In this document: positions 38,239 to 50,200 of the stretch, piece by piece | Position numbering within the stretch: the first letter of the stretch is position 1 | Layout of the letters: each line of letters starts with the position of its first letter | Source: Bugula neritina | Lineage: Eukaryota; Animalia; Bryozoa | NCBI GenBank assembly: GCA_964035545.1 | Contig: OZ037766.1 | Span: forward strand, 33,098,773 to 33,162,772 | Direction of reading: 5' to 3' | DNA: 64,000 nucleotides | Position numbers and translations under genes: made by a program | Notes under the pieces: generated by a model | The model's input: only the letters and a program-made list of their open reading frames with translations | Databases searched by the model: none | Told to the model about the DNA's origin: nothing

Positions 38239-40753
38239 TGCTCTGAAAGTTTGCATAGCTTCAATTTTATCTCTGTAAGGCATAAAACAGTTAAATCCTG
38301 TAATAACTGATATCATTTGCATATCAAACTTTGTAAATGACTAGAGATATGAAGAATTTTTAAAAACTGGGAACAAGTTGTTTACATAATCCAATCTATT
38401 AGTCAGTTGGTTAGACACAGCAGGACTGTGAAGGATTGTAGCAAATATTAGTTAACTTCTAACGTTGACTAGACTAAGCTATGCAGGTAAAAAATAATGT
38501 GTGCTCTCAGTTACAGTAATTAGTCTACCTGTAGACATTCTGTAACCACCCATCTAATAGTAGTCTAGGTCATAATATACAAGAGGGGGGAAAGATGATT
38601 ATGCAGATACTGTTGGTCAGGTATTAGCATTTCTCTAAAGACACATTCAAGTTGGTACACCTGTGATGTACCTATAAGAAGGATGCTTAGACTATACACC
38701 AGGTGCATTTCTTAGACTTTGTTGGGTAAATCTATAAAAACAAGTCAATTATAATACATAAAATTATAGTAATTTACCTATAAATTAACTCAGTATGGTG
38801 AATTACATATCTAAATTATATGAGCTATATAAGAAATATGACTGAGATATAGCCTACATAATATTATCATAATTTAGAAATAAGGAAACATTTAGGCTGA
38901 TTTCACAAAGAGAATCAGTTTAATGTAAAAACATAAATTAACAAAATACTTTCATAATTTTTTATTTTAGTTTCTTATAAAGAAATATGTTTGTTAGCTA
39001 AAAGCTACAAGAATATAGGTTATCTCATATATTCCTCTGCATGCTTTTCTTATTCACCAGATTAACGTTATGCAATTTTTCAACTCGGTGAGACAGGGTA
39101 ATCCAGCTCCTAGCCCATGAACTTAACGCAGGCATTGCCCGAGTTCTCAACACCGTTCTCTGCCTGTGCAGGACCCAGTCTAATACAGGAAATAATAACA
39201 TATGCATATAGCAGTATGCTTGAACTTTAGGCAAGTGATTTCAGGTGCTTGAAACATACAGCTGTAACGAAACCAAACATGATGACACCTGTTGTATTGC
39301 TAACTTTTACGTCACTTTCCTATTACCAAATTTAGTGTACATTTCATTTATCCAATCATATTTCAACTTTAATGTGAATTAATTATTGTTAATAATGTTT
39401 AGAGTTTAATCAAATCTATTTTACAGCTGAGTATATTTTTCCTCTTGTTATTTACATATACGCGTGTACCAAATTGTGTAACATAAATTATGGTAAATAT
39501 ATTATACTACTGTGGGATATATTTTATTATGTTAAATATATCATAATGAACTATGTTAAATAAAGTGAAATGTATTACTAAGAAGTCAATTGCTGTACAT
39601 TATAATATGAAATGAGAATTCAATACAACTTTAAGAGATGAGTTCTAAACCATAACAAACACTGATAAGTATGTTAGAAGACTTAAGAGCTCATGTTAGG
39701 AGATAAGAGCCCATATCAGGTCCGAGTTATCTATGATTACTAAACGAGTGGCTTGAGAAAATATACTAACTGTTAGCTTTTACTAAGATCAAAGTGATCA
39801 CTTGTCACTTTGATCATTAGTACTGAATGGCCAATACTCATTTATTCTAAATTGGGCAGAAAAACTTTCAGTTGTGAGTGAAGTTAGTTTTATTTTCAGG
39901 CTTATAATAAAAACATTGCATAATTAAATTCAATACTTATAATTACATAGAACATATAAATAGTTTCCTACAAGTGAAGTTTTTATCTATAGTTATGTTT
40001 TATGAAAAAATTTAGATCCTGAAACAACATTGAAAAAATAATATTTTATTTCTCAGTATTTTTGAAAAGTAAAAGCAAATGACTTTCACATTAATTTTAT
40101 GACAGTTGTTTTTAAAAATTGTGCATATTTCATTGTTTTAATTTTTACTGTACAGCATATATATAGCTGTTAATTGAACCACTTTTGTTGAAAAGATTCA
40201 TTTTAAGTTGTTCTATTTTTTAATTATGACACATATGTAGCATGACTGTTAATTTTCTATCATAGCTGTGACTCTCAGTTCAGTTTAGACGTCAAAACTC
40301 TAACATCCTCAAACTCTGCAATGAAGCAATCTGAAGGAGTCTGCTGTTGTTTTATGCTCTGGCCAATGGAAATATTCTATTTGTATTCATTACATTTAAG
40401 TAATGGCTTGTAACAATAGCTGTCACAAGTTGCAGCTGTATAAGTTTGCATGATGAAATGTAACCTTCTAGCTTTTAGAGCATTAAAGCTGCTGCATTAA
40501 TCAGAAATGAGTAATTCCAGGAAACACCGTAAAAGTGCTAACTTCATTGAATAATGTATTCCGAAATTGATTACTACTGAATAGCAGACATATACTGTAT
40601 ACTACATATAGCAAGGAGGGGGAGGGGGAGGGGGTCTTTCCACCACTAATGTACTCAATAAACCAATATAATTACATACTCATGTACCTGCAAGCAACCA
40701 TTTCCACACACTAGTTGCCTCAGCTATCAAGGAAGTTGTAGGGAAGGTTTCAA

Positions 40754-40792
40754 GGTATATAAAGATGAATTAAATTTGTGTGCAAGCAGTAT
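40754..40792 (+). promoter_or_regulatory. Putative TATA box plus Inr of the orphan secreted gene
   Basis: GGTATATAAAG, then GCAGTA about 30 nt downstream, about 90 nt before ATG 40848. Confidence 0.45.
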
Positions 40793-40847
40793 ATTTCTAC
40801 CGTATTAAGTTATATCTGTATTTCAGTAGAAGTAATAAATATTGATA

Positions 40848-43800
40848 ATGTATATGGACTCTTACAAGACGAGTAGCTTATTAGTCTTAGTTGTTCTCTT
40901 GGGTATGTTATATTATATATTATATTATATAAAAAAATACTGTATTATATTATATTGACTATATGATGTCATAAATGTTATATTTTATTATATGAAATGT
41001 TTCTTTGATTGCTGGTAAAGTTACCATTACTGTTTAAAGACTGAGCCATAGTGAAAAATTATTATTATAAATTTATTTAGATTTAATAGATTTGATTCCC
41101 ATAAATCAGTTAGGCAAATTTTTAAGACTTAGAATGGTGAGCTAGGTAGAATGGTGAGCTAGGTAGAATGGTGAGCTAGGTAGAATGGTGAGCTAGGTAG
41201 AATGGTGAGCTAGGTAGAATGGTGAGCTAGGTAAGATTAAGGTGAGCTAGGTAGGATTAATGTGGGCTAGGTAGGATTAAGGTGAGCTAGGTAGGATTAA
41301 GGTAGGCTAGGTAGGATTAAGATGGGCTAGGTAGGATTATGGTGAGCTAGGTAGGATTAAGGTGGGCTAGGTAGGATTAAGGTGGGCTAGGTAGGATTAA
41401 GGTAGGCTAGGTAGGATTAAGGTGAGCTAGGTAGGATTAAGGTGGGCTGATGATGCAACTAATTCTGTAGGAGGGATTTCTCCTGGAAGCAGCAGACCTG
41501 TAGTCAGCTACTTCAAACACTCGATGGCAAGTTTCACCAAAATAGTAACTGGATTTCTAATAATAGATGAATTTCTGGTGAGTACGATATCGATAAGATA
41601 CACGATATGATACATGATTTGATATACGATATGATATACAATATGATATATAATATGATATACGATATGATATACAATATGATAGACGATATGATATACA
41701 ATATGATATACGATATGATATACAATATGATATACAATATGATATACAATAATGTGATATACAATATGATATACAATATGATATACAATATGATATACAA
41801 TATGATATATAATATGATATACGATATGATATACAATATGATATACAATATGATATACGATATGATATACAATATGATATACAATATGATATATAATATG
41901 ATATACGATATGATATACGATATGATATACAATATGATATACAATATGATATAATTGGCATTGTTGTATTTAAACAGAAAAGTTTGTTTCCTCTAATATT
42001 GTATAAATCTTCAAGTCAATAATTGATATCAGCATATTTTATAAATTCTGACCAAAATTTCCTTACATGTTGCATATTATTGTCAGCTTATACTTAACTT
42101 GTGCTTTATAATATCTTATGACAACACAAGAAATATATATTATGTACAGTCAGAAACCTTCATTTCCTCACGTGGTATAAATATCTTGTGTTATTTATTA
42201 AGAGTAGAATATTGTATCTAGAAAAAATATATATTGTTAAATAAAGAGCAAATTAAACAGTTTACTTTAATGTTTAAAAAGTTGATAGAAAAATTATTTT
42301 AATTTTAATTTCAAAATGTTTGCTTTGTTTTAGGCTAATTATTTTATAAATGCTACAATAGATGACTCATCTAGAACAGTTGACTGTCCTTCATTGTTGA
42401 GTTTAACTAGACTCCAGGTGAGAGAAATCCATTATATTGCAATATAATATATTATATAACTATATAATATATTATATAACTATATAATATATTATATAAT
42501 AATATATTATATAACAATATATTACGTAACTTTCACTCTATGGCTGCATGTATGATCATATAACTTATGAAAGACTCAAATTAAAAACCTAGTCATTTAC
42601 TTTGAGATTTGGTTTAGAATGGTATTGGAAAGTGCAGTACCTCTAATACTTATCTTTTATATTTACCTCTGTATACTTACTTCTAACACTTACTTCTGGT
42701 ATTGGTTCTTGTAGTTTAGTGACTCTTTGAACGAAGATTACCTGCTGTTTGCCAACTGTCTCGCTCCATACGACTTCCTGTCCAGCACCAGCCGCAGCTC
42801 TCTGATAGACACCACTGCCTCCGTCATCTGTGGGATGAAACAGAACGCTGACTGCACGTCTGATAATGGAGGAAACTTTTATCCTGACGGTGCATTTCAG
42901 GGTCAAGGAACTTGTGATGAAACATGTAAGTGTTATAAGTATAAGTATTGTAATATAAATATTTATATATAATATGTTTTTTTATATTATATAAAATGTA
43001 CTATATATTATACGTTATATGCTAAAGTAGCTCACCTGTTTACTATTTATTATAACCAGTATCAAACATTAAAGTTATAGTTGAATTGTTTATAAAGCAG
43101 AACCAGTTTTATTTAACCTTTACTTGTTTTAAGGTGCAGTTTTTTTCTGATTTCAAAAATGTTTCATAAAAAATTACTGCAACAAAAATGTAGTTGAATA
43201 AATCACATTAATATTTACCAGTGTGCTGTTTAAAATAGATTGAAAATAATTATTTCATTTTGATTTGAATTTTCTGCTTTTGTATTTGCCTAAGAAGCCT
43301 GTAGTTTGTATTTGGTGTTAATGTTTACTGTAAAACATGTAAAACAGCTTTTAGTACTGTAGCTTCGCCTTCTGCTAGGAATTTACACTGAAGTAGCTGA
43401 TAATTAAATTCTACTCCACTTCTCTAACCCCCTTACAATAACTGCACCACTTCCTTAACTCCCCTACGCTAACTTAGCTTCAAAACCTGCTGTGTTACTT
43501 TCTGGCTTTTACAAAACTAAAATGAAAGTAGAAACAGTTTTAACATCGGTATGAATCTAAAGAGTAGGAGTTGATACTCATGGATTTCATTCTTTTCAGA
43601 TCTATAACTGCTATTGTTGTTATTCTAGCTTCTTTCCAAGGGAATCCAAATAATCATCGAGGTTAACATATTTGCAATATCTACACTCGCTCTTATTACA
43701 TTTTAGGTAACTCAAATCATAAATTTATTTATTAAAAATATCATAAATGGACCCAACAAGGAAATAATAATTTGACTCATTTAGGCATCTAATGAAGCAT

Positions 43801-44336
43801 GACTGCAATCTTGTAGAAAGTATATGAATAAGTAGCCCATCCCTTCCCGCTGGCTAGTAAGAGCATTAAAATGACCACATGACATTGTACTTTGTAAGGA
43901 AGTGGTCCAGTTTGGTTCCCAGCATAGTACATTGCATCATCCAATGAGCAACGAGCTAGCAACTTTTACGGAAAGCTTTAATCTTGCTAATCTTGACAAT
44001 GTTGTTCTAAGTATAACTAAACATGACTAGTATTATATTTGCACTTTAATTTAAATTGGTGTCTAGGCACATCAAAATATTGTTTATTAACATTTGTATA
44101 ATTTTATTATTAGATCTAACCATTTGATTAGTAGTTAAGATACTAGTACTAATGTACTAACACATTTTCATTGTTTACTTGAAACTTTATATTATAATGA
44201 GCAAACCGCCATAGTTTACAGCATTTACTTATATTTTTATTATTGTTATGCTTTAGATAGCAGAAGGAAAGTGGTGAATGCTTTGGCCCACCTTAGAGCG
44301 CAGCTAGACTGTGTCATCAACCCTGCCAAGCCTTGA
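40848..44336 (+). CDS. Orphan secreted Cys-containing protein (about 187 codons) with an apparent in-frame TAA in exon 5
   Basis: Exons 40848-40902 (MYMDSYKTSSLLVLVVLL), 41471-41526 (GC donor GCAAGT), 42334-42417, 42715-42925, 43629-43706 (TAA at 43664-66), 44257-44336. Phases are all compatible. No family recognised. Confidence 0.6.
41131..41447. repeat. 17-bp shifting to 20-bp minisatellite in intron 1 of the orphan gene
   Basis: agaatggtgagctaggt units followed by aggattaaggtgagctaggt units. Confidence 0.9.
41583..41953. repeat. 12-bp (atatgatataca)n repeat
   Basis: Direct inspection; it explains the IYNM/ILYI ORFs. Confidence 0.95.
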
Positions 44337-44341
44337 CATCC

Positions 44342-44492
44342 TATGCTGACACCTCATACACTGACACCTGATGCTGACACCTCATACACTGACACCTGAT
44401 GCTGACACCTCATATACTGACACCTGATGCTGACACCTCATATACTGACACCTGATGCTGACACTTCATACACTGACACGTGATGCTGATAC
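44342..44492. repeat. 28-bp minisatellite immediately after the orphan gene stop
   Basis: tgctgacacctcatacactgacacctga, about 5 copies. Confidence 0.9.
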
Positions 44493-47118
44493 CATAATTT
44501 GGACATAATTTAATTTAATTAATAACGTTCATTTATCAAAAACTTCTCAAATTTAGGTGCTAAAATTTAATCTCTGTTTATTAAAAGAACTATATGCTAT
44601 ATTTATTACTAATTGATAGCTTTTGCTGATCATTTTCTAGGAATCTCATTCCTAACTTGAAATGCTAGCAGCGTTTTAATAGCTAGAAAGTATCTTTTTA
44701 AATTATCAGTTAAATTGTTTTAATTATTCCATCCGACATTACGAACATATAAGCCCTGTTTAATCCATCCTCAGCACCCGCCTCTTTTCTATCTTTATAT
44801 TATGTTGTTATTTAACTAATTTATTTAACTTATAAATATATATTTTTGTGCTTTAATTATTCTGAGTCAATGCTGAATTTATCAACTTCATCCTACAACC
44901 TCTTTAATATTCACAAAAATAACTTATATTTATGAATTTTCTTTCCCTCCTTCACCTACATGTATGAGTCATTTAGACAAAATATATCATTCCAAACTTG
45001 TTCAAGTTATTTTGATGTCTGTATGCTTCTATTGATAGTCGTGAAATGTTAAGTGCATGCGGAAAACTTTGCAGAAAGGCTAAATAACACAGAAAATTGA
45101 TGGTATAAGTCCAAAGAAAATTATTGCCATTTCTTTGTGAAATGTGTTTACGAATTCCCTACTCTACAGTCACTGATAAACTTGCCTCTACTTTACTGAA
45201 ATTAATACCATTGCCTGTTTACTATGCACATTACTATACAAGTAAATTGACTCATTTGTAGTCTATGCATATTTGTAATAAATATATATATATATATTTA
45301 TATAATATATATTAACATAAATTATAACTATGCAGCAATGTGATTTTCTTAATTTGTTTTCTTGCTCCAAATTTTAGCCATCTCACCCCAAATTAAATAA
45401 AAGGTTCTTAGAGACTTATTCAACCAGATTCTGCTATTCATTTATTCTCAGTGTGTATACTATTGCTTTAAGTACCCCCTCCTGTCATCTGTATTCCAAA
45501 AACGCCCTATTTTATCTAGGGCCCGGGAGGCCCCGGTTGTGTTCTAGGCTTGAGATAAGACAACCTTTAGCTTTGAGCTGGCGCCTACAACTAGGCATAT
45601 GTACATGGGCGTTAAACAAGGCACCCCAGCTATAGGCATATGTACATGGGCGTTAGACAGGACGTGCCCACAACCAGCTGCTGTTGAAGTTCTCAATAAA
45701 TAAGAGAAATAGCTCTTTAGTTATGCATAATGTTATATATTGACAAAAAGAGCGGAGTATTCCGAATCAGTAAAGATTACACTTGTAACCAAATTTTTAA
45801 TCTTCCTTCTAATATTGTTGGCGGCGAGTACAGTTAGTAAAGCATAAAAAACCGCTGTTTATTTTCATACAACACCACATACAATTTATATAAAAACCTT
45901 TATTTAATAAATTACTACGACTAATATATTTACATTACTCCCAAAATATAGATAAAACAATAATAATTAGTATTGTCAATAGTCTTTTTTGTTTTTCAAT
46001 TGACATTTAGCACACTGTGGTTTTCGATTGCATTTTGAAGGCGTTACGGAAACTACACCATACAAGGTGTGAAAAGCAAAAGAGCACGAGAAAGCAACTC
46101 CTTTGTAGATAATGGAAAATATTTGATAATGTCGAGATCTGCTCATCATAGAAAGTGTTGGTTGGCAGTGCCGTGTAATTTCAACTATATAACAGAACAG
46201 ACTGTTTGACTGGCAGATGGTTTCGCCTCCAACCAAGCGGAACTAGTTTCAGAATAGTTGAAATACTTGTAGAATAAACTGAGGTAACTAATGAGCTCTG
46301 ATGGCAATGTCCATCACAAAGAATGTGTGTCTATTACTATGGTGCGTAGCAGTATGCACCTCCTGGTGACTAATATTCTAGCACTTACTAAGGCATACAT
46401 ATATAGTATAATATACTCTCACTTTACACCGAGAGAACATTGTGAGTTCTAGGCTCTATCTAACCATATAGTCATGAGCCCAGATCATTATAGCGACTCG
46501 CAACTCATGGAGTTACTTCAACTCACTCACCTAAATTTTCTCCTCTTAGAAAAATTAGTCAGACAGCAGTTTGCTTTATTATTCCTGCATTTGATGTTTG
46601 CCATAATGTTATAATATTATATATATAGTGAGTTTTATATCCAAAGAGTGATCATGGAGTTATGATTCAACTACTGGTAAAATGTTATTCTAATTTAAGT
46701 TTTAGGTTTTTAAGTAAATAAATGTATAAATGATTTTTGTGGTGCATATATGATATAGCAAAATACCATATCAAAGAGGTAAATCTTTACTGTAATAGAG
46801 TTAGGAGTAGTTTGGGAGTTGTCTTTCCAAACAAGTGATGAAGCTCATACTAATGCCTATAAAATATACTTTTATTTGTAAATTATATGGTATTTTATAG
46901 ACAGTGTAAATGTAATGATTATCATAACTTTAAAAAGTATCACATAATGAGAAATGTTTCGTAAACCCGTCAGCAGCATATCACAGAGTTATCTTCCCTC
47001 TGCGTGTTGAGATTTGATGGACTATAAATAGTGACTAAACAGCACCAGTGCTAAGATATCAGTAGCCTAGGTATAAAATATAGAGTCAGCAGGTAAATAT
47101 ATAGACTACCAGGCTAGT

Positions 47119-47245
47119 TGTGGTCTGCTTATGTACCAGAGAACTCAAGCTATGTGTGGTCTGCTTATGTACCAGAGAACTCAAGCTATATGTGGTTTGC
47201 TTATATATAGGAGAACTCAAGCTATGTGTGGTTTGCGTATGTATC
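47119..47245. repeat. 36-bp tandem repeat duplicating the ABCG stop codon region
   Basis: tgtggtctgcttatgtaccagagaactcaagctatg, about 3.5 copies. Confidence 0.85.
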
Positions 47246-50200
47246 TGAGAACGAGATAAGTAGCCACTCTAGTGAGTAGCATGAGGGAGATACACACAAG
47301 TATGTGGTGCCACACTAGCCAACCCTCCTGGGTCAGTGTGTACTCATCTAGCAAATCTTGCTGGGGTATGTATCGGGTAGCATTTGAACTCATCGTAGAG
47401 TTGTCCCCACTCCTGCACGCTAGAAATCTGCTGTTTTCAGGGGCACATCTAAAAGGGAACAACTCCTTTACATGTCACATGAAAAACTCAACTGGTTTGG
47501 TAGTTGTCTTATAATGAAACCATATTTACTATATGAATACTTACTCTATATGAATACTTACTCTATATGAATACTTACTCTATATGAATACTTACTCTAT
47601 ATGTATACTTACTCTATATGAATACTTACTCTATATGAATATTAGTCAGGTCTACAGTAAGTATAGCGTAGTAGGCGTGTTGGGTGAAGGCCAGGTATTT
47701 GATCCACCTGAACCACACAGGCACATTTCTGACGTAATATCCACCAGCCAGAGTCAGCACAAGCATTGTGGTGGTCGAACACATCATTGATACTTGGATG
47801 TCGAGGATTAGAGTTGTATAGAACAGTCCAATACTCTGTGAATAATATCATAGCAATATAATATAGTAATATAGTATTGTAATATAATAGTAATATAATA
47901 GTAACATAGTAGTAATATAGTATAGTAATATAGCAGTAATATAATAGTAATAAAATAGTAACATAGTAGTAATATGATAGTAATAGCCTATAACAGCAGT
48001 ACTTCTAGAAAAGCTAAAGTTGCGTTTATACCTTCACGATTTTCGGTCAAAATTTCAATTTGGCCGGGTTGAAATTTCTCCGAGTTGAATTGCATTGTAA
48101 AAGCCACTCGTTGAAATTTTTGTACTGTGATAACTTAATCGGCCAATTTTAGAATAGGAGTAATAACTCCTTGTAAACATAGTTATTTAGTTATTACTTT
48201 GGCGATTAGACAACGTACTCATACGGTTATAATTATATTATAGCCTACGCCTTCTCAATTATCGCTTTTATGCTGTCCGCTTCACTAATTCACAACGTTT
48301 TACAATTTCAGAAAGTGAGCAATCACATCAATATGATTTCAACGAGTTTCAGTTTGACTATAAAGGGGTACCCGGAAAAGCATTATTAACTTAAACTCGG
48401 TACTTTTTTCAGCAGAGGTATAAACGCAACTTAACTCTACTAACACAAATACAACAGCTGTGTGGAATAGAAACTCACATGACTGAGTAAAGATGTCAAG
48501 GTCATGCACAGCCACATTTGCAAATAGACTGAGAACTTGATATTGATGACTGAGAGCCAGTAGGTGATGGTGATGTAGATCAGCGGTAGAATACAGAGAA
48601 GTGGGACATCACTGGAGAGTTTGGCTAAATAGTAGGCTGAGAGTCTGTAGTAACCCGCAAGTCTCTCTTTGTTTAGTACAGTCCGCTCTCCTGGGACTAC
48701 AATATTGATACTTTGCTATATAATACAATGTAATATAATACAATATAATGTAATAGTATGCAATATAATGTAATATAATATTAAGCAACATAGTAAGATA
48801 ATAATATAATATAATAAGATTATACATAATAATTATTACTATATAATATAATGTAATATTATAATAAGATAATGTAATGTAATAATATAATGGTGTAAGT
48901 TACTAGAAGTATACTTACACGACATCATTGCATCTATTAGAGTGTAAAATGCGAGGAGAATGAGAGTGAAGAAAACCTACAAACAAATATAACTATTTAA
49001 ATCAACATCTTCTGTAAATACAATAATTAGGAATTCAATGAATAATAATTCTAAATTTTATTACCCAGATGTTTAAGTCAACCTAAAGACAGAGCACCTG
49101 CTCTCATGACAGGGCACCTGCTCTCAAGACAGAGCACCTGCTCTCATCACAGAGCACCTGCTCTCATGACAGGGTACCTGCTCTCAAGACAGGGCACCTG
49201 CTCTCATGACAGGGTACCTGCTCTCAAGACAGAGCACCTGCTCTCATGACAGGTTACCTGCTCTCAAGACAGGGTACCTGCTCTCAAGACAGAGCACCTG
49301 CTCTCATGACAGAGCACCTGCTCTCATGACAGGGTACCTGCTCTCAAGACAGAGCACCTGCTCCAACACTGAAACTCACCAGACCCTGTCTGTCAAATAT
49401 GGCTGCCTCTTTAGATTCAGTTTTGAACCAGAGAACTCCGCTGAAGATGGCAGTGATGATAATCTGCAGGACGTTCCACTTGCTCAGTATTCGGGGGATG
49501 GCCTGCTTCAGTGACCTGCAACATACAGGTACAACCACCTTACCTGCGTGTCAGTAGGAGTTGTCTGTACAACCACCTTACCTGCGTGTCAGTAGGAGTT
49601 GTCTGTACAACCACCTTACCTGCGTGTCAGTAGGAGTTGTCTGTACAACCACCTTACCTGCGTGTCAGTAGGAGTTGTCTGTACAACCACCTTACCTGCG
49701 TGTCAGCACGGTGTACTGCAACCAGAACCCGGTCGGCCATTTTGCGCTGTACTCCGTCTTAAATCGCACCTCGTCAGAGTCAGTGGATGAGGAAGCAGAG
49801 TCGTCAAACTTGACATCTCCTGCGGTTGTGTAATATATTGTATAATATGATGTAATATATTATATAATATGGTGTCATATATTATGTAATATGATGTCAT
49901 ATAATATATAATATGATGTCATATATTACATGATATGATATTATATAATATGATGTCATATATTACATGATATGATGCTATCTGTAATATATGATGTAGC
50001 CTACGATATAATATAAAGTCATAACCAAATCATAAAACATTAAACACATAATAAAAAATGTCACAGTAAGTTCAATTGTCACTTATAAAGGAGCACTATT
50101 CTATAGGCAGCTCTAAGTTGAGGGTGAATGAGTGCACTAGTTTAGGGTTTTCAAGTTTAGAGTTGAGGAACTTGAGTCTAAACTTGAAAACCCCCAAACT

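Noticed and set aside
39025-39234. 69-aa ORF in a GC-richer patch
   Set aside because: No recognisable motif or consistent exon chain.
45510-46260. GC-richer segment with a duplicated ggcatatgtacatgggcgtta
   Set aside because: Probably a transposon fragment, but no TIR or TSD could be defined.
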